Source: Mustelus asterias
Lineage: Eukaryota
Direction: 5' to 3'
NCBI RefSeq assembly: GCF_964213995.1
Contig: NW_027590264.1
Location: 62,001 to 126,000, forward strand
DNA: 64,000 bases
Shown here: positions 36,051 to 49,366 of the stretch, piece after piece
How the letters are laid out: the number at the start of each line of letters is the position of its first letter
How positions within the stretch are numbered: the stretch's first letter is position 1
Position numbers and translations under genes: made by a program
Notes under the pieces: model-generated
The model's input: only the letters and a program-made list of their open reading frames with translations
Told to the model about the DNA's origin: nothing
Databases searched by the model: none

Positions 36051-37834
36051 CGCTGATATTTACGAGACATTTAAACGGCTGAATTTCCTGAAACACCTCC
36101 TAAAATCCGGGCACTGGAAACTGCCCTATCGACAAATTTGCACTTTGCTCATTATCCGCACATTGAAAGTTTCACAACCTGTGAACCTGTGATGGGTGTG
36201 TCGAGCTGCGGTTCCTAAGGGACCGTGTTAGAGAACTGGAACTGCAGCTCCGGGATCATCGTCTGGTTAGGGAAAATGAGGAGGTGACAGACAGGAGCTA
36301 TCAGCAGGTGGTCACACCAGGGCCAAGGGAGGCAGACAAGTGGGTAAGTCTGGAGAATTCAATTCACACCCCTGACTTGTACCTTGGAGATGGTGGACAG
36401 GCTTTGGGGAGTCACGAGGCGAGTTACTCGCCACAGGTTTCCTAACCTTTGATCTGCTCCGGTAGCCACTGTATTCATATTCTTCGGTCCAGTTCAGCTT
36501 TCGGTCAACTCCCAGGATGTTGTTGGGGGTGGGGGAGAGGAAGGGGGGGAGCAGGGGGGAGGATTCAGCGATGGTAATGCCTTTGAATATCAAGGAAAGT
36601 TCGTCACATCCTCTTCTTTTGGAGACGGTCATTGCCTGGAACCTGTGTGACCTGAACGTTGCTTCCACTTATCAGTCCAAACCTGAATATTGTCCAGGTC
36701 TTTCTGTATTTGTGCAGAGACCAAATGTCTGATTCGAGACAGTGTAGTATCATGTTTAAATTAAAGAATGCGGATGATTTCCTCACCATAAAGCCCACAC
36801 TCACTGAGCGACTGTTCCTTCAATCGGATTAGTTACATCCTGACTCTCAATATGTCTGAGCAAAGCGAAGTCGCTGTCAGGAATTGCAAAGCCCGGGCAA
36901 CCCCGCTCACCTGCTCCATTTCCTGCTCTAGTTCTGGCAGCTATTGCCTGCAGTCTGCTATTTGTAGGATTGCTGCAGCAACTGAAAACAGGCGTGAGGT
37001 TTTTGTACAGTGACGGTCCCCAGGAGATTAGCTGAACCTCTGGATTCATTGTCTCGCGATAATACAATTACACCAAGGCCTCCACTGTACGTTTGCATTT
37101 CATGGTCCAATGAAACTGGCTACTCCGAAGAAGAAGGTTAATATTGAGTTTAATTAGAACTGCTCCTCGACATGTCAAAGGGAGGTGTTATAATATGGTG
37201 ATAATTTGTGAACCGATGTTCGTCTCATTATTAATCCAAATTGAAATAATCTGGAAAATACCCGATTCCTCCATTCCTTTATTCGTGATAATGCCAGTTT
37301 GATAAAACTTTCGGATAAATAATTAAACCTTTCAGCCTCCCTCTGTGTAAATAATAATTCCTTCATTACAGTGTCACTGTGCTTGATGTCAGATTCGTTG
37401 ATTGTAAAGCGCCTTTGAAGATTTTTAAGTACGAAATAGTTGGTTCAAACATTAGGGGCGATGTTTCAACAAACTGTCAACTGAGTGAGGTTGAAAGAGA
37501 GGACTAATGTAATCAATATTACACAGCACATTGCACTCACTAGACAGATAGGGTGTCATTGCAGTTTCTCAATTTACACTGGTGTTGTGCCACACCGTTC
37601 TTTACGTGTGCGTTTGTATATAATGAACCACGTGTAAATGTCTTGTATTATATTTGCTCGCATGTCTGGTATTTGTGTTGCTGCACTGACATAACCTCAG
37701 GGAATTCCTTTTCACAAAGCAGACTCTGGAAGGTCCAACGTTTTTAACATTGTCAAAGACTGCATTTCTCTTTTGTCTATTAATTAATTAATTAATTAAT
37801 CTCTTTGCTTTTCTTCCTCAATGATGATCTCTGT

Positions 37835-38132
37835 TTAAGTTTAAGTTTATTTATTTCTGGCACGAGTAAGCTAACAATAACACTGCAATGAAGCGACTGT
37901 GAAAATCTCCTAGTCGCCACACTCCGGCGCCTGTTCGGGTACACTGAGGGATAATTTAGCACGGCGAATTCACCTAACCAGCGCAGTCTTTCGGTCTGTG
38001 GGAGGAAACCGGTGTCGCCGGATGAAACCCATACAGACACGGAGAGAATATGCAGACTCCACACAGAGCAAGCCGGGAATTGAACCCGGGTCCCTGGAGC
38101 TGTGTTGCACCGTCGCTCACCACTATGCCGCC
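37835..38132 (-). mobile_element. V-SINE-type SINE with a different tail
   Basis: HE1-like head and core; tail ending AATAAATAAACTTAAACTT. Confidence 0.7.
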
Positions 38133-38668
38133 ATGCTGTCCTGTATCGATGTTTGAGTGGATCGGTTTGGGAATCTTTCACAGTTTTTGTTTGTCTTTCT
38201 GTCGATGCTTGGGTTGATTCGGTGCTGGATACGAGGCCTGCCGCGAACACGAAAGGTGGAGTTATTGACATACCGTCATCGTCAGCAACTCAGACCAATA
38301 TGTGTCAAATATCTCCAGAACACTCCTGCTTTCTGCCTTAATGATTAGGAACGTCGGAATTGATATCTGTGTCTGGGCATATATCTGGACGGTTTTATAT
38401 GTCTTTATGTGTTGGCCTTTGCACGTGGCTGTGTGTGTATCTGTTTCCAATATGCGGCTGTGCTGTCCACGGGAGGGCGCTCTCTCATCACTTATGAAAC
38501 ATCACGATCCCCTTCGAGAGGAAGCGATTGGTTGAACATGTGAAAATGGGCGGGGACAGGGAATCGCATTGACGTCACTGCATCCCCCTGGCTGTTTCCA
38601 CTTCTCTAATTGCAGGTCTGGTATAGTCAGTGATCACTGCCTCTGTTTCTGGAGTCCAGACTGGAACC

Positions 38669-39152
38669 ATGGGGGTGAAACTCTATCTGACTCTGGTTCT
38701 TGTCTTGATCACAGGTCGGTCATTCTAAACCTCTGAAATCCATCAATCACCATATTCATTGCCCATTTCCATCTCTAGGCGATTTTATTCCGTTGTTGTT
38801 ATTCCACCTAACCCGCTTTGTGTCCGTTGTTATTTTCAGAGATGACTAATGGTGACTCAGTGTCCCAGTCAGTACCGGTAATCCAAGCAGCAGAGGGTGG
38901 CCATTCACGAATTCCCTGCTGTTACTCTGTATCGAGTACAGCTGCACAACAAAATTACCTGTTCTGGAATCGCCAGTATCCACACCGAGCTCCTCAGTAT
39001 CTGCTCAGAAACAGTAGTTATGGGTTTACCGATAAGGCTCTCGGCTTTGAACACTTCAGCGGGAATCTCAGCCTGAAACAAAGCACTTTTCTCTTGTCCA
39101 AGAAAGGTTTGAAGCTGACAGACAGAGTCGTGACTTACTGTGCAATGAGACC
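38669..39152 (+). pseudogene. V ORF with intact leader and promoter but no RSS (leader 38669-38714, V exon from 38840)
   Basis: MGVKLYLTLVLVLIT; GDSVSQ..CC..WNRQ..TYCAMRP followed by CAGAATC (no CAC) and no nonamer; CCAAT, GC box and CRE (38570-38577) upstream. Confidence 0.8.
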
Positions 39153-40599
39153 CAGAATCAAGAGTCTGTTGTCAGGAAAACACATGACGTTGAATTACAG
39201 AGAAACTGTTCATAGAATGAATCCGTCAGTGCAGCTTCATCTGAGTGGCTTTCCGTCCCTGAGGTCAATGATTTCCACTTGGTAAGTGTAATATTTGTCG
39301 CTCAGATTACTCCCAGATCAAATCCAATAATTTCCCATCCCAATCACACAAACCCGCAGAGCGCCCGGGCGAATAACTCCATCAATCTGTACTTTTAATC
39401 TTTCTGTATCAGATGCCTATCTGTCAGCGGAGATCTGTTTAATAAGAACATAACATAAGAACATAAGCTCAAGGAGCAGGAGTAGGCCATCTGGCCCCTC
39501 GAGTCTGCTCCACCATTCAATAAGATCATGGCTGATCTTTTCGTGGACTCAGCTCCACTTAGCCGCCCGCTCACCATAACCCTTCATTTATTTACTGTTC
39601 AAAAATGTGTCTATTCTTGTCTTAAAAAACAATCAACGAGGTAGCCTCAACTGCTTCACTGGGCAGGAAATTCCACAGATTCAAAACCTTTGGGTGAAGA
39701 ATTTTCTCCTCAACTCAGTCCTAAATCCCCCTCATTTTGAGGCCATGACAGTCAGCGCTGTTCTTGTTTCAACTGACAATGGAAATAACTTCCCTGCTTC
39801 CCTCTTATCTATTCCCTTCATAATCTTTATGTTTCTATAAGATCTCCACTCATTCTTCTGAATTCCAATGAGTATAGTCCCAATCTACTCAGTCACTCCT
39901 CATAAGCCAAATGTGGTTTAGCATCAAAGGCACACCCAGAGTTGTCACATTTTGAAGTTTCTGGATTGAAATAATGACTGATTGAAATCATTGCTTTCCC
40001 GGGAAACAAATAACCCCGGTGGAACCGCATCTCAATGTGGAACAAAGAAATTTACACCACAGAAATAGGCCCTTCGCCCCTTCAAGCCTGCACCGACAAA
40101 CTGGAGTTGGCTGACTACATATCCCCGGTACATTTAAAACAGCAACTACTATTTATGTTCATGCCGTGGATGCACTTATTTATACCCGCGGAATAAATGA
40201 ATGTAACTTATTCATTACACTTTTAAATTCAGATACAGAGAAAGACCTATGCAAAAAACAGGGACAATGAGTTCGAAAGGAAGAGAGTTAAACCGACAAA
40301 GAGCCAGTATAACTGATAATCTTATAAAACTTCCATGGAGAGAGAAAGAGGGTGAGAAAGATGCTCACAGCCGGGGGTGGAAAGTGATTGAAGCTGAGTT
40401 TACTCCTCTACGAACAGTGATTGGTCCACAGCTGACGTCATCTCAGGAAGACTGCCAATCGCAGCAGTGAAAAATGACCCCATCCCCGCAGCTTCCCAAT
40501 AATTGAAGCTGCCTCTGATCTGAGTTGACTCTGTGATATAAGACGAGAAACAGCAACGTATTTTAAGCAGTGTGGCTGTTTACTGTCCAATCAGGAACC

Positions 40600-41035
40600 A
40601 TGTGTTCCCTGTGTGCTTTACTGATAATAATGGTCATGCTGCCCGGTGAGTCTGAGCTCAAATCCTCAGTGTGTGTTTCATGGGTTATATTCACTCAGAT
40701 TTCTCACACATTCTATATGTTGTTACAGGAACCAATGGCCAAACTGCAGTTTCCCAGGAGCCGCCCGAATTAACGGTTCAGGAAGGACAGACAGTAATTT
40801 TGAACTGCAGTTACAAAGCAAAATACGCTGACCAAACTCTCTTCTGGTACATCCTGTATCCCGGAGAAGCTCCGAGATATTTATTGAAAAGTTACGGCAA
40901 CGGGAAGGGGGATAAATCTCCTGATTTCTCCGACCGGTTTTCTGCGAATTTGGACAAAGACAAGAAATCAGCTCCATTAAATATCACCGGTGTCCATGTC
41001 TCTGACTCTGCCGTGTATCACTGTGCGCTGAGCCC
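40600..41035 (+). CDS. TRAV: TCR alpha/delta V gene, subgroup C (leader 40600-40645, V exon 40729-41035)
   Basis: Leader MCSLCALLIIMVMLPG; YHCALSP; RSS CACACTG (41036-41042), 23 bp, ACAAAAACC (41066-41074). Confidence 0.92.
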
Positions 41036-41989
41036 CACACTGCTACAGAGGCACAGTGAGTCCGTACAAAAACCAGCAAAGGCAATCTCCCTTCCTCTCA
41101 CTCAATCAGGTCTGTGAGCTGGGTTGTGAACTGCTAATATAAATGAAATCATATTATACTGTAAACTGCCCCGTTGCTTTGTTTTGGTAATACATTTTTA
41201 ATAAGAAACCATATCTTGTAATTAATAGTTTGAGAAATCACCAGGATTTCAGGTTTCATTTCAGACTCACTCTGATCACAATGTTTGCCTAACGAATGGG
41301 TGAATGTTTAGTCCGAGGTTAATGTGGTTCCCGCTGGGTGTGTGTTTTATGCGGCTGAGAACAGCACTGCTCACAGTGGCTGTATCTATCCAGATTCTAG
41401 CCTTTGTCTAATATCAAGTGTAATTTGCTAATCCTGCACTTGATAGAAATCAATAAGGTTACATCGAGGTTTCTTTTGAATCAATTTTTTAAAAAACGCC
41501 ATCTGGGCCTTTTGCTAAGATGAAGCTCAGGTCAAGCACAGGAAGGAATATAATACCTGCTCCAATCAGCTAGGATGTTGTTAATCAAGCCCAAGACTGG
41601 AAGAATGGGCCCTGTGTTGTCAGCTTCGATCTGCAATGTCTCTCTTGCAGCGACCTTTGAGTGGACCAATTCGGTTTTTGATTGGAAACAAAAAGCAGGC
41701 ATCTCGGTCTTTGGGCTCGGATCAAGCATCAAATCGAGTCCAAGATCAGGTGCGATGCTCTTTCATGTCAGCTTGGATTTTTTGCGAGGACCATGAATTA
41801 GATTCAATTTGAATTGGTTTTGGGGGCAATTAGGAGATGGATTCTGGCTTGGCCAGTCCGCTCTCTGCATTGGCTTTGCAACGTTAAGCAATTACTATTT
41901 TACAATCCGACAGACAGGAGCTCCCGAAGACAATGCAAAGTGCGGGGTTGGATTGGTTTCCATCATAAATTCCGTAAGTGAGTCCTTAT

Positions 41990-42280
41990 TCTGATCAACT
42001 GTTCAGAGTCCAATTTCTCCAGCTGGAGATGGAGAGGTTTGGCTGCCTGACCGGTGCTGTTGCTGTTGTTTGTTTCACGATTGTCTGCAAACATGAGTAA
42101 GACTCCCTGCGAGCGCAGTTCAATATCATAAAGCTGATATTGATCAGTGAGTTCCAGAATAAAACAAAGACAATCCTTGCAATATCATAGTTGAAACTTG
42201 TAAAAAAAACTACTTCTGTTTCTGTCTCATCATTTGAGGACAATAAAGTAAGTGACATAATTTCCATGACTCAGATCTGA
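41990..42280 (-). pseudogene. Highly degenerate V relic (paralog ~62615-62880, + strand)
   Basis: TTTCAG|ATCTGAGTCATGGAAATT.TGTCACT resembles the 34.3 kb V start; LFW and LSISS remnants. Confidence 0.55.
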
Positions 42281-42624
42281 AATACATGTTCAAACACGAA
42301 TCAATCATATCGGACTGTGTTTAAACTTTAGGTTGAAATCACGATTGGGAAATTACTTTAAATGTGTTTATTCCACAATTGCCTATCTGAAGTTCCCCCT
42401 CCCCACCCCGTCTCAACCGAGGCAGACCGAGGGCCGGGTAACTGCAGAATACCCTCGGCCTGAGTAACTGTGTGCCAACCTGAAAAATAACGGCACACAG
42501 TAAACTCTGACACATGTATATAGTTTTAAGAAATGAAATGTAACAAAATGTAATGTTTTTGTAAATGAGCACGGTATTGTACTGTAAAAATGATTCTTTT
42601 TTGCACTGTTTATGACCTTTGGAT

Positions 42625-45600
42625 CTGTCATTTTGCAATGTTTTATTGGAGAGTTTATTTTTTGTGAATAAAGTATATTTTTGAAATAAAAAAAACATGT
42701 GTCGCAGTGGTGTTTTTAGCCCTGAAGCTGGAGACCTGGCTTTCAGTGAGCAGAAATAACCCAAGCTGAGATATAATCAGTGTGCTTGTGAGGAAAATCG
42801 CTATATTGTTGGGGCCAGGGGTGGGAATGAAGTCGCTGGTCTGATTATTGAAACAGAGAAACACTGGGTTGTGAATTGTGTCAGAAAACATTTGACAGAC
42901 ATTCAAAATGAGAATGAACATTGATGGCAACCTGTTCTCAGGGATTGTTTTGAATAGCACAATGATAACCTTGCGAAATGTATATGCCAATATAAGCTGT
43001 CCCTTAGGCAGCAAAATACTCTAATCAAATAGACCCTTTGATCAAAGAGACCTTGAAAAGGAGAGTGAAGATGGGGAAAGTGCTGCACAATAATTCACAC
43101 AGGCAAGAAAATGTCATCAAAGGTTGAAGCGTGAGTTAAGGAACTGTAAATGTATTTTTAGTATAGTTGCAAGTTAAAAATTCAACTGTGGCTCAGCCGT
43201 TCGTGTTGAGTGTTGTGTTTTGTTTTGATATTTTGTTTATGACCCTGTGACTATCACTGTCGAGACAAAATAATTATTTCTGTTTATCAGTGTGGGAGCG
43301 CCCTCTGCTGATCACTAACCGGAACTCCCAGTCCGGGGTTTTTGTGCGGTGTTCGCTCCATCTGTACCAGTGTGGGCTTCATGGCACAGAAATACACGGC
43401 GCTGTCGGACAGAACAGCTCTGGCGATATTCAAAGGAACAGTATTGTTTCCTTTGTGCAAAGCAGCCGAGAATTTATCTGAGAAATCCGGAGACTTATCG
43501 GTATTGCCCGAGCTATATATCTTCATCAAATATCTCAGAGCTTGCCCGGGATACTGGATGTACCAGAACACAGTTTGAAAAGCAGCTGTTGAATATTTAC
43601 AGTCCAGTGTTATGTTCTGTCCTTCCAGAACCGATAATTCAGATCGATCTTGAAACACTGAATCTTCAGCATTTGCCCCTGTAACAAAACACAGAACACA
43701 CTCAATATCTGGGAGGGAAGAGAGCCCATGGGACAGACACTGATCGTTTAAACATTGACTCAAAAAAAGAAAATGCTCGAAATTTTCAGTAGATCTGACA
43801 ACATCTGTGAGAGGCGAACAGAGATAATGTTTCAAGTCAGGATGACACTTTTTCAGAGTTTATTGACTCACCGGGCAGCAAGATCATTATTATCAGCAAC
43901 CAAAATAAGGAGCACATGGTGTCTGGTTTAGGGTTCGGCAGAAATGAAGCAGTATTTGAAATGTGTTGACATTTCTGTTCTGATATTCAAGCGGAAATTC
44001 ATATCAGCGGAAACGTAATTTACTCAGAAATTATGGGGCGTTTCCCAGCGACAGGATTGGCCGCTTTCTCAGAATTGATGATCGTCGGGCATCAATCAGC
44101 GTTAGCTCGACTAATAAGTTCTGAGTTTCTCTTTCTCCCTGTCTTTCTCAGATTCCCCTGCTCTCTCTTCGTTTGGAGCCTGTCTATCTCGCTCTGTTAT
44201 TCCGCCTCTGTTTGTCTCGCCCCCATTGCTCTGCTTCTGACCGTCTCTGTCTTCGCACTGGCTCTACATTCTTATCTTTCTCCCCTTCTCCCTAAAATTC
44301 AGAGTTCAGACAATCCGATTTCCCTCACTCTCCTATTTCAATGAATCCACTAAGTTACTCATTCTTTTGGTGCAACAAATGTAGAAAACGTTAATAACCA
44401 GAAGTTGCGAGGTAAATTATGATGGAAATATTTAAATGTAAATAACTAAAGAATATAGGAAATGAATGTGAATCCAGGGTCATATTTACATCTTGTGTTG
44501 TTATTTTAGGAAAGGCATCTTATCGGAATCTTGAGGGCTTCATATTGTTTAGAATGAGTTTTATAACCACTATTAATTGAATAAAGCGAATCGCCAGCAA
44601 TTAAAATAACGATGTTATTATCTCTCATGTATACGTTCAACTGTGTTCAATTGCATTGGAATAGTAAAAGGATGAACAAGAATAATGCAACATAATCACC
44701 AGTAGTAACGACCTTCTGTAATTTGAGAATTCGATGATTTTGCAGGAAATGACCAGTTACCTCAGATTGCCGCCAGATGGCGGTGCCTCACCATGTTTGT
44801 GTGTTTACTGCAGCGGGTCCGGGAAGCATAACTCGGCGGTTATGTTGTTGATCTGGTTTCCTAGGGCGTCCAGAAGCTCTCGGAAATAATCCTGTCGGTA
44901 TCATGTACTATGTTATATTATGTTGTGTTAAGGAATGAAGATGAACGAATGGAAAGACAGTGGGTGAACTCGAGGCCGAGACCGTGATAGAAGTCAAGGC
45001 ACAGATTAGGAGGAACAGATGGAGTTACAGGGATATAAACACGAGGATCTTCATTATCTTCATTCCTTAGCTTGAAGCTTTCTGTGTTGCTGCATTTATT
45101 CCCCTCACGGGATCAACATCTAAATCCACTGTTGTACAAATCGCGTATTGTTTTATTTACAATCGCAACCCCCTGAAATCTACCGCGGAGGACGAAGAGT
45201 TCAGCGTCACCAGGTCACGCACAATGAGATTAGTGTTCTTGAGAAACCGTCACAATAAATAACATTCAATCTGAGCGTGTGAGGCCGATCAAATAAAACC
45301 GCAGACAGCTGAGGACTTTGGATCTGCATTCGATGGAGTTTAGAGAGATGAGGGGGGAATCTCATTGAAAAATACAGCATACTGAAAATCCTGGACAGAG
45401 TGGATGTGGAGAAGATATTTCCATTAGTAGGAGAATCTAGCACACGGCACACAACCCCAGAATAGAGGGACGACACTAGAGAACCGATTTGACTTTAATT
45501 TCTCTTTCCCAGGTGACTGTTTGTGTGCCAGGCAACCATCTTATGTCTATCCATCTGTATATGGGTACACATGAGATGGGACTTAACAGATATTCAACCA

Positions 45601-45940
45601 CCACCCCATCAACATCCTGGGAGTTGACAGAAAACTGAACTGGACCCAGGAATATAAATACAGTGGCTACCAGAGCTGATCAAAGGTTAGGAATCCCGCG
45701 GCGAGGAACTCACCTCCTGACTCCCCAAAGCCTGTCCACCATCTACAAGGTACAAGTCAGGAGTGAGATGGAATACCCTCTACTTGCTTGGATGAGTGTA
45801 GCTGCAACCACACTCAAGAGGCTCGACACGATACAGGACAAATCAGCCCGCTTGATTGCTCCCCATTCCATGAACATTCATTCCTGCCACCACAGACGAA
45901 CAGTGACAGCCGTGGGCACCATCTGCAGGATACACTGCAG
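42625..45940. repeat. Direct segmental duplication (43160-45940 matches ~1-3300; 42625-44240 matches ~9470-11060)
   Basis: Long near-identical non-coding stretches and matching spurious ORFs in the track. Confidence 0.9.
43375..43917 (-). CDS. TRAV: TCR alpha/delta V gene, subgroup A copy 4 (leader 43872-43917, V exon 43375-43678)
   Basis: Intact; RSS CACACTG (43368-43374), 22 bp, ACAAAAACC (43337-43345). Confidence 0.93.
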
Positions 45941-46505
45941 ATGGTAACTTTGCCTCTCTATATGAGAGGCAGCTGAATGTCCATTCCACACTGCGGACCA
46001 GCATTCTTGCACCAGGAGTATCGGATTAGTAAGTGATTCAGTACAAAGCGAAATCCTCATCAGTGATGTGGATGGAAATGGGACCGAATAGCTGAGCAGC
46101 CGGATTGGGGAGGTCCTGAATTAATGTACAAGGGAACAGAAAAAGCTTTAATGCTTATGTTAAAGACTTGAAAGGAAATGTGCAGAATTTCCATAAATCA
46201 GCAGACAAGGACAGTTTGCAACAAATAGGCAGAGAAGGGCATCGAAAACGAAAGAAAAAGTGTTGAAGTATCTCAGATCGATATTGCAAATGTAAGCTCC
46301 GACCATTAACTAATGTAACTGCAACTGGACCACACCAGTTGCTGTTTTTGAGAGTTGTCTTTTGTTGCAATGTTAAGAATCTCTGTCACTCTCTCTGTGG
46401 AAACTGAATTACCCGCGTGTGTGCGCGCGCACCCTGCTGGGCACTAACTGGAACTGCCAGTGTGGGGTTTTTGTACGGCAATCGCTATATCTCTGCAGCA
46501 GTGTG

Positions 46506-47003
46506 GGCTTCATGGCACAGAAGTACCCGGCGCTGTCGGAAATCAGTGTGTTACTGATCGTCAGCTCGCTAGTCTTGTTCTTTTTATCAAATTTGGAAGA
46601 AAACCGATCATTGAGGTCGGTGTTCCTTTGCACAATCTCTCCAATAAGCTGAAACATGTACACTGGAGCTTTCCCGGGCTGCTGACTGTACCAGTACACA
46701 TTAGGGCTGGAATCGCTTGTTTTCAAAGCGCAGGTTAGTGTGACATCATTTTCCTCTTTAACCTTTATTCCAGGATCCAATTGTTCCACTTCGTCTTGGT
46801 GGCTCCATTCTAACAGAAACAACAGCAATATGACAATCAGAGTTAGCCTCAGATTAAACGATACAATTATCATCATCACTATTGTTTTATCAACAAGAAT
46901 ATCTGGGTTACAGCAGTCAGGAGGAGCATGTAGTTTTACTGGGAAGAAAATACTTACTGAGAAGTGAGAGAATGATGAGGATCGGAGTGAGATAGTTCAC
47001 CAT
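46506..47003 (-). CDS. TRAV: TCR alpha/delta V gene, subgroup G (leader 46958-47003, V exon 46506-46809)
   Basis: Leader MVNYLTPILIILSLL with GTAAGT; C..WYSQ..YFCAMKP; RSS CACACTG (46499-46505), 24 bp, ACAAAAACC (46466-46474); CCAAT x2, GC box and TGACGT upstream. Confidence 0.9.
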
Positions 47004-48863
47004 GATGCTTCCTGAGTCTGTAACTCTGCAATGAGTGAAATCCTGTCAGAGACAGAAAGACACTGTTCCACTGCACTGCTGATCCAACCAATGAGAGGAA
47101 TGGAGCAGCGGCAGCAATCCGTCCAATCACACAATAGGTTCAGAGTGAGAGCAGAAAACGGGCGGGGCGGGGATGCAGTAGACAAAATATTGAGTGACGT
47201 GTGCGGCAGCTTCAGCTGCACCCGGAACAGAAATAGCGAGACTTCCATCTCCGGAATCTGTCACCATTCTGCACCTGCTCACTGTCCAAGTGACTGAGAA
47301 GAAATAGAGAGGGAGGAGCATAACGGGGCCAGGGACATGGACAAAATAGAAACATAGCGTATCAATGCAGGAGATGTGGCCACTCGGCCCATGGTATCTT
47401 TGCCTGACAGAATGCAGAATTGATGTGGAGAATTCAGAATTACAGAATTCTTCAATTCAGCTTTCAAACCCCGCATCTCTCACAGTGACTGCACTTTTCT
47501 GCTTTCAATTTATCTCTCAATCCCTTCTGAAACTTACTATTATCTCTTCTTCCGCCATCTCTTTCAACACCGCAGGGATAGGGCCTAGATAATAGTCGGT
47601 GCAGACCTGATGGGCCGAATGGCCTCCTTTTGCACTGTAGGGATCCGATGACCACCTTCCAAGTTTAACAAATCGGAGAGTAATCAATTAATCTAATCTT
47701 TCCATTGCACTCTCCCCTCCTAAAGTAGACGCTTGTGTTTTCCAAAGTTCTGCCGGCGGAAACACTTTCCGGGAGTTGACCTGAACATCAAACCTTGGTT
47801 TTAAAGGAATAAACAATTTATGGGAAGCAGAAAAGGAAGCTTAACTGGCAGATAGATTCTACTGGGAGACCTGTATTCGCAAAATCTTCCTTATATTTGT
47901 TTCAAAACAGAGCTTTTTTCTCATAAGCCTTGGCTGTGGATCCCGGTGTTGCTTGTACCACTGGCCCACATGAAGGCAGGACCTCCCTGCTTCTGATTAG
48001 ATCTTAATTCCGCAACCTCAGGGCTGGATATTCACATCAGCTCCGGGAGAGATGTTTCAGATCAGCTGTTAATTCCCATCAACTCAGGGCTGAATATTCA
48101 GATCAGCTCCAGGAGAGATGTCTCTGACCCACAATCCAGACCCACTGATGTCACTCGCAGTTCACAGTGACGTCACATGGGCTACAGGGTGACGTCACAC
48201 ATTCTGACGCCACACATATCCGCATTCCGACGTCACAATACACGATGTTCTGACGTTGGGCGTCACGGTGCCACAGTGGTTAGCACAGCTGCCTCACAGC
48301 GCCCCCGGTTCGATTCCAGCCTCGGGTCACTGTCTGTCTGGAGTTTGCACATTCTCCCCGTGTCTGCGTGGGTTTCCTCCGGGTGCTCCGGTTTCCTCCC
48401 ACAGTCCCAATGTGTGCGGGTTAGGTTGACTGGCCATGTTGAATTGCCCCCTCGTGTCAGGGGGATTCGCGGGGTAAAGATGTGAGGTTACGGGGAGAGG
48501 GCCTGGGTGGGGCTGTGGTCGGTGCGGGTTCAATGGGCCGAATGGTCTCTTTCTGCACTGTAGGCATTCTATGATTCTATGAGGTTCCAATGACGCGGAT
48601 GCTCTGACGTCAGAATGCCGGATGTTCTGACGTCACAATACCGGATGCTCTGTCGCATGCGCACTCTCCTCCCCCGCACTATCAATGCTGAAGCTCCCTC
48701 ACTGATTCACTTTGTGATCACAAGTCCCAGCGACCCGGCTCTCACCGCCACTCTGTGACTGGTTTGGGGCTCGGTTTGATATCCAATAGCATTGCTTCCC
48801 CAGGAGCTTCTCTCAGCCTGGGATCTGCTGACAGCTGTTTCACACAAGCCGATAGGATCCAAC

Positions 48864-49366
48864 ATGTTTCTGAGCTTCACTTTGGTGATTATTTTCCTGG
48901 ATTTCTTACTGTTCCCTCAGTGTAAGTGTGGTCACTATTTCTGACAGCAATATTTCACACCTCAGCAATGTTATGTTCTGTTAAATTGTACTCAGCTTTA
49001 TTGTATTATCTCGAATTGTGAATACAATGGTACTTTATTGTGCTACATTATAGTACGATATGTTATTACTGCAAATGTACATATTCTTCCCAGATGCCGC
49101 TGGCAGTGAAGAGCTATCACAGTCTCCGGAGTCAGTGGTTGTTACCGAGGGAGCCACTGCATCGTTGAACTGTTCAGCTACAGTAACTGGAAAGGTCCTT
49201 CAATGGTACAGACAAAATCCAGACAGAACCGTGCAGCACCTGGTGAGCGGTACCAGCGATCAGGGCAGGATCACGGCTCGGTACAGTTTCTCAGAGAACC
49301 ACAGCGTTCTGAATGTTAGTGAAGCTCGGCTGACAGACACCGCCACCTATTTCTGTGCGATGGAGG
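48864..49366 (+). CDS. TRAV: TCR alpha/delta V gene, subgroup D copy 2 (leader 48864-48921, V exon 49094-49366)
   Basis: Intact; RSS CACAGTG (49367-49373), 23 bp, ACAAAAACC (49397-49405); lies within duplication ~47970-49670 of ~19680-21380. Confidence 0.92.

Noticed and set aside
41052-41058. Second CACAGTG within an RSS spacer
   Set aside because: Only 7 bp from the nonamer, so not a valid RSS.
43287-43835. Long ORFs suggesting other intronless V genes (also 46409-46879 and 57680-58123)
   Set aside because: Canonical upstream leader exons and AG acceptors exist; the extensions are open intron frames.
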